From contig JAOMAZ010000001.1 in the NCBI GenBank assembly GCA_028344335.1, positions 11,468 through 75,467 of the forward strand: a DNA stretch of 64,000 bases. Reading direction: 5' to 3'. Positions 1 to 9,251 of the stretch are shown here, piece after piece; within the stretch, counting starts at the first letter, position 1; each line of letters begins with the position of its first letter. The notes under the pieces are model-generated. The model ran no database searches and was not told where the DNA came from. It saw nothing but the letters and a program-made list of their open reading frames with translations. The stretch is from Deltaproteobacteria bacterium. Lineage in GTDB: Archaea > Thermoplasmatota > Poseidoniia > Poseidoniales > Poseidoniaceae. The position numbers were made by a program, and so were the translations under genes.

Positions 1-915
1 ATCATCGAGTATGTCAGGACGATTTGTTGCTGCGATTATCTTTACCGATTCAAGGGCATCAAAGCCATCTAATTCTGCTAGTAGTTGCATGAGTGTGCGT
101 TGAACTTCTCGGTCTCCACTGGTAGCAGCATCAAGGCGCTTAGCTCCAATTGCATCTATTTCGTCTAAGAAGATGATTGCTGGGGCTTTGTCGCGGGCCA
201 GTGAAAATAGTTCTCTAACCATTCGCCCACCTTCTCCAATATATTTCTGGGCTAATTCACTACCAACCATCCTAATGAAGGTTGCATTAGTTTGAGATGC
301 TACGGCCTTGGCAATCATGGTCTTTCCACAGCCTGGTGGTCCAACAAGCAAAACACCCTTTGGTGGCTCAATACCAACTTTCCGGAATAACTCGGGACTT
401 TCAAGTGGTAATTCAATGGCCTCTCGTAATTTCTCAATCTGTTCATCTAAGCCACCAATATGGTCGTACTCAATATTTGGTGCTTCAATTAATTCTGCTC
501 CACTAACGAGTGGATCCCAAGCATCATGGAGAACGTCAGTTACTGCTAATGTGTCTTGATTGAGTGCAACTCTGGTGCCCGGCTTCAAGCGTGAAAGACC
601 TAAGCGTTGGTTAACTGCAACTTGAAAGACGGTCCCATTAGAAGAACGGACAATTGCTGATTCATCGTTTAGGATATCTTGTATGTGCCCAATGATTAGC
701 GGTGGGCTCTTTAGCATACGAATTTCTTCATCTAATCTTGCAGTACGCTTCTTCAATTTATTGATATCACTTTCCAATGATACGCGTTCTGTTATCAAGC
801 GCTGAGCTTTATCATGTAAGGAGCGGTAATCCTGTTCTAACTGGCGTAATTCATCATCAGAGCGGTTCTCTTCACCAACCGAACCCGGCTTCATAGCCTC
901 AACATCAGATGTCAT
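1..915 (-). CDS. pan: Proteasome-activating nucleotidase (AAA+ ATPase, PAN / 26S regulatory subunit homologue). The C-terminus runs off the window edge.
   Basis: Reverse-strand translation from ATG (rc at 913-915) reads MTSDVEAMKPGSVGEENRSDDELRQLEQDYRSLHDKAQRL... (coiled coil). It is followed by Walker A GPPGCGKT and Walker B IIFLDEIDA, then ATNRPDILD. The ORF continues past position 1, so it is absent from the ORF track. Confidence 0.9.
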   Translation of the reverse strand, partial: MTSDVEAMKPGSVGEENRSDDELRQLEQDYRSLHDKAQRLITERVSLESDINKLKKRTARLDEEIRMLKSPPLIIGHIQDILNDESAIVRSSNGTVFQVAVNQRLGLSRLKPGTRVALNQDTLAVTDVLHDAWDPLVSGAELIEAPNIEYDHIGGLDEQIEKLREAIELPLESPELFRKVGIEPPKGVLLVGPPGCGKTMIAKAVASQTNATFIRMVGSELAQKYIGEGGRMVRELFSLARDKAPAIIFLDEIDAIGAKRLDAATSGDREVQRTLMQLLAELDGFDALESVKIIAATNRPDILDD

Positions 916-1027
916 TCAACTATCCTCAGTTTGCCCACCGTTATTCAATGTACTCAAACTCTTTGCTGGAAAATAGTCAATCGTAGGGTTGAATTGGGGG
1001 GAGCGTTGCACAGTCAACGGGGATAGT

Positions 1028-1516
1028 ATGGGCGCCTGTGAATTATGTGGAGCCGAGAAGACTTCTACACGTAGTGTGAAAATGGGAAGGGCAACTGTAG
1101 ATGCCTGCAGTAAATGCATTGATTCAATGAGTCTAGCCACTGTCGCGCCTATTCGAAAACCATCTGAAATTATCCAGAAAAGTGCAAATCATGGAGGATA
1201 TTCTGGAACGGGTAAGAAAGGCCGAGACATTATGCGTAAAGGGAAAAAGGAATTATGCGGGGGGTTTTCTAAAATAATTACCGAGGCTCGTGAAAAAATG
1301 GGTTTAGATAAACGCCAACTAGCTCACAAAATGGCTGAAAAAATAAATGTTATTCAAGCAGCAGAGTCTGGGCGTCCACCTTCTGACACTGTCATTAAAA
1401 AACTCGAAAGAGCCCTTGATATCACCCTGATGGTTGAAACTAAGCCAGATGAAAATAGAATGGTGGGCTCTGGCACAAGTCGTGGTATGAACTTAGGCGA
1501 TTTCTTCGAAGATTGA
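1028..1516 (+). CDS. mbf1: Archaeal multiprotein bridging factor 1 (aMBF1): N-terminal Zn-ribbon plus a Cro/C1-type HTH.
   Basis: MGACELCGAEK...CSKC forms the zinc ribbon. The HTH_3 segment is FSKIITEAREKMGLDKRQLAHKMAEKINVIQAAESGR. Start is placed at the internal Met (1028) of track ORF 989..1516. Confidence 0.8.
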   Translation: MGACELCGAEKTSTRSVKMGRATVDACSKCIDSMSLATVAPIRKPSEIIQKSANHGGYSGTGKKGRDIMRKGKKELCGGFSKIITEAREKMGLDKRQLAHKMAEKINVIQAAESGRPPSDTVIKKLERALDITLMVETKPDENRMVGSGTSRGMNLGDFFED

Positions 1517-1526
1517 GTCGATAAAC

Positions 1527-2090
1527 ATGGCTGAAATTGGAATCCACGCCATCTGGTTAGCTCAAGACGATCCCAGCAAAAATACTGCAGTAAAATTATC
1601 ACGGAAAGGTAAATTAATACTTCATAAGAAAATTTCTCAATTACCAAGGCGAGGAATTATCCTCGACCCTCTTTGCGGCAAAGTATTAGGCCCTGAAGAC
1701 CGAGAATTAATGGATAAAGGAGGGAAGTTAGTTGGACTTGATTGCAGTTGGGCGCAGATTGAAGATAGTGTCAAGAAAGTTGGGAAAAGAACCAAACTGC
1801 GACGAAGGATGCTTCCAATGCTATTAGCCGCCAACCCTGTGAACTGGGGGAAACCTAGTAAGATGACCACAGCCGAAGCACTAGCTGCATCATTATGGAT
1901 ATTAGGAAGAGAGCAGGAAGCCAGAGAATTACTCAATGCATTTAGTTGGGGAGAGGAGTTCTTCAAACTCAATAGACTACCACTCGAGGCCTATACTTCG
2001 GCTAATTCCAGTGGTGAATTGGTAAGGATGCAGATGGATTTCTTCGACCTTCCTGATGAAGTAGTAGCTGCTTTGACTGAGGAAGAATAA
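1527..2090 (+). CDS. tsr3: Tsr3 (DUF367), the SSU rRNA aminocarboxypropyltransferase.
   Basis: The segment GLDCSWAQIED...RRRMLPMLLAANPVNWGKPSKMTTAEALAASLWILG aligns closely with human TSR3 (IDCSWARLDE...[29 protein letters not shown]). Confidence 0.85.
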   Translation: MAEIGIHAIWLAQDDPSKNTAVKLSRKGKLILHKKISQLPRRGIILDPLCGKVLGPEDRELMDKGGKLVGLDCSWAQIEDSVKKVGKRTKLRRRMLPMLLAANPVNWGKPSKMTTAEALAASLWILGREQEARELLNAFSWGEEFFKLNRLPLEAYTSANSSGELVRMQMDFFDLPDEVVAALTEEE

Positions 2091-2102
2091 GACGCGGTAA
2101 CA

Positions 2103-3176
2103 TTGATGACTTGCTCAAGCTGCCAACGGTTCATGACAGGTCCATTGATTGAATGCGTGCCAAATATTAGCGAAGGTACAGACCTTGCTAAAATAGAATC
2201 AATCGTTAATGCTGCAAGAGGTATTGAAGGAGCTCGTGTATTATCTAGTGAACCTGATGCCGATTACAATCGTACCGTGATTACAATTGCAGGAACGCCG
2301 CAGGCAGTTAGTGAAGCGGCCTTTAGATTAATTGCTAGTGCAGCAAAAAATATCGACATGCGGCTACACAAAGGAAACCATGCACGCTTAGGTGCAGTTG
2401 ATGTATGTCCATTTATTCCCTTAGCGGAAATTAGCATGCAAGAATGTTCAGAATTGGCACGCAGCCTCTCTCTGAGGGTTGGTAGTGAATTAGGCCTAAC
2501 TTCCTATCTTTATGGAGCAGCCGCATCAACTGATGTAAGGAGAAACCATAGCCTCCTCAGGAAAGGACAGTACGAGGAATTAGAAGCACGTTTGACTGAA
2601 GGGGAAAATTCAATTCATGAAGAAGAGACTCGGCTACCTGATAATGGTCCATCAATTTGGACAGAAAAGGTTGCAAAGTTCGGTGCCACGATAATTGGTG
2701 CACGAGGTATTTTAGTAGCCTACAATGTTAATCTCGATGAAAAAGAAGCAATAGTAGCAGGGGCAATAGGTAGAACTGTTAGGCAATCCGGCCCACTAAT
2801 AAAGAATGAAGCCGGCCAAAAAATGCCAGTTTCAGGGATGTTGCCGAAAGTTCAGGGAATGGGCTTCCCTTTGGAAGAACATGGAATTTCTCAAGTCTCA
2901 ATGAATTTACAAGACATTAGCATAACGCCAATGCATGTGACATATGAAACAATCAAGTGGTTAGCAAATACCTATGGAATTAAAACTACAGGCAGTGAAT
3001 TAGTTGGTCTTGCTCCGCTAAGTGCTTTTTTAGAGGCTGGAGCATGGTATGATAGCAATGCAGTTAGTGAAGAGCAACTTATCGCAGCGGCAGTTAAGGG
3101 AATGGGCTTAGATGACCTTGGACCCTTTATTGCCGAGCAAAGGATTATCGAAAGAGCACTTACAGGAAGTGACTGA
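2103..3176 (+). CDS. ftcD: Glutamate formimidoyltransferase (formiminotransferase domain of FTCD).
   Basis: N-terminal LIECVPNISEG matches the FTCD signature LVECVPNFSEG. Protein is 357 aa. The cyclodeaminase gene follows 1 bp downstream. An alternative start is at 2133. Confidence 0.8.
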   Translation: MMTCSSCQRFMTGPLIECVPNISEGTDLAKIESIVNAARGIEGARVLSSEPDADYNRTVITIAGTPQAVSEAAFRLIASAAKNIDMRLHKGNHARLGAVDVCPFIPLAEISMQECSELARSLSLRVGSELGLTSYLYGAAASTDVRRNHSLLRKGQYEELEARLTEGENSIHEEETRLPDNGPSIWTEKVAKFGATIIGARGILVAYNVNLDEKEAIVAGAIGRTVRQSGPLIKNEAGQKMPVSGMLPKVQGMGFPLEEHGISQVSMNLQDISITPMHVTYETIKWLANTYGIKTTGSELVGLAPLSAFLEAGAWYDSNAVSEEQLIAAAVKGMGLDDLGPFIAEQRIIERALTGSD

Positions 3177-3809
3177 ATGGCTGAAGATGAATGGTCCGAA
3201 ATGAGTTTGCGTGAATTCCAAACTGCCCTTGCAAGTTCATCGCCAACTCCAGGAGGTGGCACAGCCGCTGCCGTATCACTCGGTCAAGCAGCCGCTCTGT
3301 CTTGCATGGTTGCAGACTTGACACTTGGCAAGGAAAAGTGGAAGAGCGGATGGGAAATTGCCGAAAAGGCCCAAGATTGCGCCATTGGAATGTTCAGCAA
3401 AGCCCTTGACTTGGCTACTGACGATAGCCGTTCATTCGATGCGGTTATGATGTCGTTCAAATTAGCCAAAGATAGCGATGAGGAAAAGGAGATTCGTCGT
3501 CAAGCAATTCACGAGGCTACCTTAGGAGCTGCAGAAGTTCCATTGGAGACAGCAAGACTGGCGCATTCTTTATTGGAGCATCTTCCAGAATTAGCCGAAA
3601 AAGGAAATGTAAACACAGTATCTGATATTGGAGTTGCATCACTTCTCGCATCTGCTGCTTGTAAAGGAGCATTATTCAATGTGGAAATCAATATTTCAAG
3701 TCTACCTGAAGAAATGGGTGGAGCTCTAAAAGAAGAAGCGACCTCAATATTAGAATCTTCAAGGATTTTATCAAGAGCCTGCATGGATGCGGTACGAAAA
3801 AGGCTGTGA
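3177..3809 (+). CDS. Formimidoyltetrahydrofolate cyclodeaminase (FTCD C-terminal domain homologue).
   Basis: SPTPGGGTAAAVSLGQAAAL is the cyclodeaminase-domain motif. Protein is about 210 aa, with the start 1 nt after the preceding stop. Confidence 0.75.
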   Translation: MAEDEWSEMSLREFQTALASSSPTPGGGTAAAVSLGQAAALSCMVADLTLGKEKWKSGWEIAEKAQDCAIGMFSKALDLATDDSRSFDAVMMSFKLAKDSDEEKEIRRQAIHEATLGAAEVPLETARLAHSLLEHLPELAEKGNVNTVSDIGVASLLASAACKGALFNVEINISSLPEEMGGALKEEATSILESSRILSRACMDAVRKRL

Positions 3810-3813
3810 ATAA

Positions 3814-4593
3814 ATGGCTAGCATTGAGGAGCGAGGAATACATCGCCTCAATGATGGAAACTGGTCTCTAGAAAAGGATTGTATCGCCGTTGAATCAGTC
3901 TTGAGCATCGATATTAAATCACCTACTAAATTGGAAAGATGGGTCAGCATTTTGAGAACCCCAGGCAATGATGAAGCCCTAATCAGGGGATTAATCCATT
4001 CAGAGGGCGTAATGACTGATAGTAGAGAATTCCAAATCGTATTGAATGAATCTTCTGCTACCATTCTCGTGACTGATGATTCATATCAAATCGCTGCCAG
4101 AGGACGAATTAGTAATGGCAGTGCATGTGGAATATGTGGCCGTCAAGATTTTTCTGATTTGTTGAATCTGATTCATCAATGCGAGTTAAGACAATTGAAT
4201 ATTGACGATGACATAATTGTTAACCTACCAAATACAATGAAAGATAGTCAAGTCGCTTTCTCTTCAACGGGTGGAATCCATGCCTCTGCCCTATTTACAG
4301 CAGAAGGAGATATGTTGCTAATGATGGAAGATATTGGTAGGCATAATGCTGTGGACAAAGTTATCGGCCAAGCAATAATTAGCGGTATTGAAATGCACAA
4401 TTGCATCCTTTGTTTATCAGGTAGAATTGGTTCAGAATTGGTACTAAAAGCAGCAGCTGCAGGAATCGCTGTAATCATTGCAGTAGGGGCCGCCAGTAGC
4501 ATGGCTATCGACCTAGCAAGAGAGGCAGGAATCGCCATGTATGGTTTTACTCGCAATGGAAGTAGCGTCTCATATAATCGGCCGATTGCATAA
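3814..4593 (+). CDS. fdhD: Formate dehydrogenase accessory sulfurtransferase FdhD.
   Basis: GRHNAVDKVIG hallmark motif, conserved Cys (SACGICG), about 259 aa, located immediately upstream of the FDH subunits. Confidence 0.85.
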   Translation: MASIEERGIHRLNDGNWSLEKDCIAVESVLSIDIKSPTKLERWVSILRTPGNDEALIRGLIHSEGVMTDSREFQIVLNESSATILVTDDSYQIAARGRISNGSACGICGRQDFSDLLNLIHQCELRQLNIDDDIIVNLPNTMKDSQVAFSSTGGIHASALFTAEGDMLLMMEDIGRHNAVDKVIGQAIISGIEMHNCILCLSGRIGSELVLKAAAAGIAVIIAVGAASSMAIDLAREAGIAMYGFTRNGSSVSYNRPIA

Positions 4594-4648
4594 GAATAAG
4601 AGAACAACAGTCAAAGTATGGAACCACCTCGTCAAACATGGTGAGTGG

Positions 4649-6508
4649 ATGACGATCATAGAAAGATGGGATCCCAGCCGACCGGGACATCGATTATTGG
4701 ATGTTCTGAAGAAAGAAATACATAACCGCGGAATGCCAAGCGGAGAGCGAATCCGAGAGATTGCAGAACTTTGTGATACTACTGCTGCAAAGGTGAGGGG
4801 AGCGATTGGCTATTATGCCGAATTAAAACCAAGTGATCACACAGTTAGAGTTTGTACTGGAGAGTCGTGCCGAGCCAGAGGTGCTGATGCTTTAATCAAG
4901 GAATTAGAAGACTCGGGTGAACGAGTTGGAGAGTTGATTTGTGCTGGACTTTGTGCTTGTGGACCTGCGGTACTTCGAGACGAAACTGTACCTCAATTTG
5001 TATCTCAACAAGGAAGCGGCAGTCAATTCTATATCAGCCAAGATAGTACTAGTATTGCGATTGGCTGTGAAGAAATCGCCACCACCTTAATTCAACATAT
5101 TCCGAAAGATTCTGCGTTAATTCGAACAGGGAGTAGAGGTCTATTCCATATTGAGCCTACGCTAGAAGTGGATATAGAAGGTAAAAGACATGCTTTTGGT
5201 CCTATTACCTCGGCAGAGATTCCTTCAATCCTAGATTCAATTACTAATCAACAAATCCATCCGAAATCACTTGGCCTAGTTGAAGATTTACTCAAAAATC
5301 AATCAAGATATGCAATGCAAAGATTTGGTCATGCTAATCCTCTTGATTTGGAAGGAATGAAGGAACTAGGAGCCTACCAAGGATTGGAAAAAACCAAAGA
5401 AATTGGTAGCAAGGCAGTCATTGAAGAATTGAAGACTGCAGGCTTGAGAGGGCGTGGCGGAGCTGGATTCCCAACTCATTTCAAGTGGGCAGCAGCCGCT
5501 GCCGAACAAACGGATTTGAAATTCGTAGTGGCAAATGCCGATGAAGGAGATGCTGGTACATTCATCGACCGGATGATAATGGAAGGTGATCCTCATGCAT
5601 TAATCGAGGGGATGGCGATTTGCGCTCAAGTAATAGGGGCAAGTCAGGGGAAAGTCTACCTTAGGAGCGAATATCCTCATGCTGAAGTAACACTGGAAAG
5701 TGCCTTACAAGGTGCAAGAAATGAGGGAATCCTTGGAGACCATTTTGATATTGAGATAGCAATTGGAGCTGGCTCATATGTTTGTGGGGAAGAAACAGCG
5801 CTGCTTGAGAGCCTTGAAGGCAGGAGAGGAGAAGTTAGGGCACGCCCACCATTTCCAACAACTTCTGGTCTATTCGGTAAACCTACAATCGTCAATAACG
5901 TCCTGACATTCGCCTTAGCGGCGGCAATAATGAGAGTTGGAGGAGAGCATTACGGAAGCCTCGGAGTCGAATCAAGTAAGGGCACAGTAGTTGTTCAAGC
6001 AACTGGTACCTTAGAACGTCCTGCTTGTTTCGAGATTCCTTTTGGTGGAAGTATTGGTACTATACTCGATTCATGGTGTGGATGTGAGGAAGTAGTTGCA
6101 GTACAAGCAGGAGGGCCTCTTGGTTCGGTATTCAAAATGCAAGAAATGTATGATATAGAATTATCATTTGAGGGTTTGGCAAATGCAGGTGGCTTACTTG
6201 GCCATGGTGGTTTCGTTTGTTATGATGCTGATTTTGACGCTCATAAGGAAGTTGTTGGCTGGATGCGTTTCTTCCGCGACGAGAGTTGTGGAAAATGCAC
6301 CCCGTGTCGGATCGGCACTCAACGGGCTTTGGAATTGATTGAACGCTTGGGTGGAGACATGGAAAAAGAAGGCGATAAGAAATTACTGACCGACCTAGAT
6401 GATTTAATGACCTCAACCTCTCTCTGTGCACTTGGTGGATTAGCGATGAACCCAGTGCGCTCGACCATGGAACGTTGGCCAGCCGCCTTTGGGGGTGAAC
6501 AGAAATGA
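4649..6508 (+). CDS. fdsB: NAD(P)-linked formate dehydrogenase beta subunit: a NuoE-like [2Fe-2S] domain fused to a NuoF-like FMN/NADH/4Fe-4S domain (FdsB-type).
   Basis: The NuoE-like N-terminus (VCTGESCRARGAD...) is followed by the NuoF glycine-rich segments GLRGRGGAGFPT and ANADEGDAGTF, and Cys clusters CGKCTPCR. The start is uncertain: the track ORF begins at 4541 and the first plausible Met after the fdhD stop is at 4649. Confidence 0.8.
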   Translation: MTIIERWDPSRPGHRLLDVLKKEIHNRGMPSGERIREIAELCDTTAAKVRGAIGYYAELKPSDHTVRVCTGESCRARGADALIKELEDSGERVGELICAGLCACGPAVLRDETVPQFVSQQGSGSQFYISQDSTSIAIGCEEIATTLIQHIPKDSALIRTGSRGLFHIEPTLEVDIEGKRHAFGPITSAEIPSILDSITNQQIHPKSLGLVEDLLKNQSRYAMQRFGHANPLDLEGMKELGAYQGLEKTKEIGSKAVIEELKTAGLRGRGGAGFPTHFKWAAAAAEQTDLKFVVANADEGDAGTFIDRMIMEGDPHALIEGMAICAQVIGASQGKVYLRSEYPHAEVTLESALQGARNEGILGDHFDIEIAIGAGSYVCGEETALLESLEGRRGEVRARPPFPTTSGLFGKPTIVNNVLTFALAAAIMRVGGEHYGSLGVESSKGTVVVQATGTLERPACFEIPFGGSIGTILDSWCGCEEVVAVQAGGPLGSVFKMQEMYDIELSFEGLANAGGLLGHGGFVCYDADFDAHKEVVGWMRFFRDESCGKCTPCRIGTQRALELIERLGGDMEKEGDKKLLTDLDDLMTSTSLCALGGLAMNPVRSTMERWPAAFGGEQK

Positions 6509-9204
6509 GTAATGAATTCACCATGATAATTGACGGTACTATGGTTATTGGGCATGAAGGTCAAACAGTCATGCAAGTAGCCAGAGATAATGAAATTAAA
6601 ATTCCAAGTCTTTGTGATTCACCTCATCTTGCTGCATTCGGTTCTTGCCGAATATGTGTCGTAGAAGTGGATGGGATGCGCGGCACGCCTTCTTCTTGCA
6701 CTACCCCAGCAAATGCAGGAATGCAAGTTTCAACAACCAGTGATAGATTGTGGGAATTGCGAAGAGGGTTGACTGAACTCTATGTGAGTGAACACCCACT
6801 CGACTGCCTGACTTGTACTGCTAACGGAGATTGTGAGTTACAAGATGTTGCGGCAGAAGTTGGATTGAGGGAAATTCGCTATGACAATACTCCTTCTTGT
6901 GAAGGCATGCCAATCGATGAATCAAACCCCTTCTTTTCTTTTGACCCAAGTAAATGCATTGTCTGTTCTCGTTGCATCAGGGCCTGTGATGATATTCAAG
7001 CAACCCATGCTCTATCGCTAGATGGGAGAGGTTTCTTCAGCCGAATAATTGCTGGTGCAGATGAATTATTTATGGATTCAGATTGTGTATCATGTGGTGC
7101 TTGTGTCAACGAATGTCCAGTTGCTGCCCTTGAAGACACCGTCGAGAGAAAGCATGGCAAGCCAGATGCGTATGTTCGTACTACTTGCGCATTTTGCGGA
7201 GTCGGCTGTCAATTCGACGCTGGTGTCAAAGGTGGAAAACTAGTCTCGATGATTCCAGTTGCTGAGTCTCCTGTCAATCAGGGTCATTCTTGTGTCAAAG
7301 GGAGGTTCGCTTCAGCCTATGTCCATCACCAAGATAGGCTGACAGTTCCGCTGGTTCGTGATTCAATAGAAGATGAATTTAGAGAAGCAAGTTGGGAGGA
7401 GGTTTATGGCCTAATTTCGTCAAAATGGCAAAATCTGATTAGTACTCAGGGTCCTGATTCTCTCGGAATAATTACTTCTTCGCGTTCTACAAATGAACTC
7501 AACTATCTTGGCGCAAAATTGATGCGAGCTGTTGTTGGAACTAATAATGTGGATAATTGTGCAAGAGTATGCCATTCTGCAACTGTCAAAGGAATGATGA
7601 CGGTATTTGGTGCGGGGGCCGGAACTAATAGTTTGAATGATATCGATGAAACCGACTTACTCCTAGTCTCAGGCTGCAATCCCATTCACGGCCACCCAGT
7701 CACAGGCTCAAGAATAGTCCGCGCAAGAAAGCGTGGCATGAGGATGATTGTTGCCGATCCAAAACGCACAGAATTGGCTAAAATAGCCGATATTCACCTG
7801 CAATTAAGACCAGGTACAAATGTCGCCCTTTACCAAGGCTTGGCCCATATCATCCTACGGGAAAACTTGCAAGCCGGTGATGAATGGATGTCTTCTAGAA
7901 CCGAGAACCTTGAGCCATTCAAGGAAATGGTCAAATTGATGACGCCTGAATTATGTTCAGAACTGACTACCATCCCAGTCGAAACATTGGAATCCGCAGC
8001 AAGATTGTACGCCAAGGCCGATGCTGCAATGTCCGTACACGGCCTAGGTATGACTGAGCATAGTCATGGCTCTGAAGGTGTTATGGCACTCTCAAGTCTT
8101 GCACTGCTGACAGGAAATGTAGGCCGGCTAGGAACCGGAATCAATCCACTGAGGGGTCAAAATAATGTTCAGGGTTCATGTGACATGGGTGCTCTCCCTA
8201 ATGTCTATACAAATTATCAATCAGCAGACGACCCTCAAGTAAGACAGAAATTTGCTACTGCATGGAATGTAGAAGTTCCAACTAAACCGGGAATGACTTA
8301 TCCTGCTATGCTAGAAAGTGTTAGCGAAGGTGGGCTGAAATCACTATACATGATTGGCTCAGATATTGCCCACACAGACCCAAATAATCTACAGGTTATT
8401 GAGGCATTATCCAATTTGGAATTACTCATTGTTCAAGATATATTCTTCTGTGAATCTGCAAAGTTGGCCCATATCGTGCTGCCAGCTGCCTCATTCTTGG
8501 AATCCGATGGAACCTATACAAACGGTGAGAGAAGAATTCAGCGAATTCGAAAAGCTATCGATGCACCTGGTCAAGCAAAGCAGGATTGGATAATCGTCAA
8601 GGAATTAGCAGAAGCGATGGGCCACCCTATTGCATTTAGTGAGGATTGCTCTGATGTGTGGGATGAATTAGCGGCATTAACACCCAACTTCGTAGGAATC
8701 TCCTATGATAGGTTAGAGGATATAGAAGCCGTTCAATGGCCGGCGCCAACTACTGAACATCCTGGCACTTCTGTCATGCACCAAGACCAATTTTCGAGGG
8801 GGTTGGGCCATTTTGTTGCCCCTGAGTTTTCTGAGCCAAATGAAACTGCGAGCGATGATTACCCATTTATCCTAGTAACTGGTAGGAACCTCTATCACTA
8901 CAATGCAGCAACTCAAACAAGACGTAGTGGTCTTGTTGAATTCAGAGGTACTGATTACCTAGAAATACACCCAGAAGACGCTGAAAGACTTGGCATTGAA
9001 GACAATACTGAAATCTGGATTTCAAGCCCTCGGAATAAGATTAAAATGTTAGCAAAACACAATGATGATGTGAGAATAGGTAATCTATTCACAACTTTCC
9101 ACTTCCCAGAACTTGGAATCAACACCGTAATCAGTTCTTCATCCGATGGTTATACTCGTTGCCCCGAATACAAGGTCCAAGCTGTTGCCATAAGTGCCGT
9201 TTAA
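6505..9204 (+). CDS. fdsA: Formate dehydrogenase alpha subunit, a molybdopterin enzyme of the Cys type (FdsA/FdhF-like).
   Basis: An N-terminal 2Fe-2S and 4Fe-4S Cys-rich region (CRICVV, CIVCSRCIRAC, CVSCGACVNEC) is followed by CAFCGVGC. The active-site motif NNVDNCARVCHSATV carries Cys where selenoprotein FDHs have Sec (CARVUH). The ATGA overlap with fdsB couples translation. Confidence 0.9.
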   Translation: MSNEFTMIIDGTMVIGHEGQTVMQVARDNEIKIPSLCDSPHLAAFGSCRICVVEVDGMRGTPSSCTTPANAGMQVSTTSDRLWELRRGLTELYVSEHPLDCLTCTANGDCELQDVAAEVGLREIRYDNTPSCEGMPIDESNPFFSFDPSKCIVCSRCIRACDDIQATHALSLDGRGFFSRIIAGADELFMDSDCVSCGACVNECPVAALEDTVERKHGKPDAYVRTTCAFCGVGCQFDAGVKGGKLVSMIPVAESPVNQGHSCVKGRFASAYVHHQDRLTVPLVRDSIEDEFREASWEEVYGLISSKWQNLISTQGPDSLGIITSSRSTNELNYLGAKLMRAVVGTNNVDNCARVCHSATVKGMMTVFGAGAGTNSLNDIDETDLLLVSGCNPIHGHPVTGSRIVRARKRGMRMIVADPKRTELAKIADIHLQLRPGTNVALYQGLAHIILRENLQAGDEWMSSRTENLEPFKEMVKLMTPELCSELTTIPVETLESAARLYAKADAAMSVHGLGMTEHSHGSEGVMALSSLALLTGNVGRLGTGINPLRGQNNVQGSCDMGALPNVYTNYQSADDPQVRQKFATAWNVEVPTKPGMTYPAMLESVSEGGLKSLYMIGSDIAHTDPNNLQVIEALSNLELLIVQDIFFCESAKLAHIVLPAASFLESDGTYTNGERRIQRIRKAIDAPGQAKQDWIIVKELAEAMGHPIAFSEDCSDVWDELAALTPNFVGISYDRLEDIEAVQWPAPTTEHPGTSVMHQDQFSRGLGHFVAPEFSEPNETASDDYPFILVTGRNLYHYNAATQTRRSGLVEFRGTDYLEIHPEDAERLGIEDNTEIWISSPRNKIKMLAKHNDDVRIGNLFTTFHFPELGINTVISSSSDGYTRCPEYKVQAVAISAV

Positions 9205-9251
9205 ATCATTGGTGGCAATTGATAAGAGAAGGATGCCCAGCGTAAGCCACC

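Noticed and set aside
297-559. Plus-strand ORFs 297..506 and 308..559.
   Set aside because: Both are antisense to the well-supported PAN AAA-ATPase gene. They have no motifs and their codon usage follows the opposite-strand gene.
7555-7575. Possible selenocysteine (in-frame TGA) at the FdsA active site.
   Set aside because: The codon in CARVCH is tgc (Cys), and the ORF is uninterrupted across 6505..9204. No recoding is needed.
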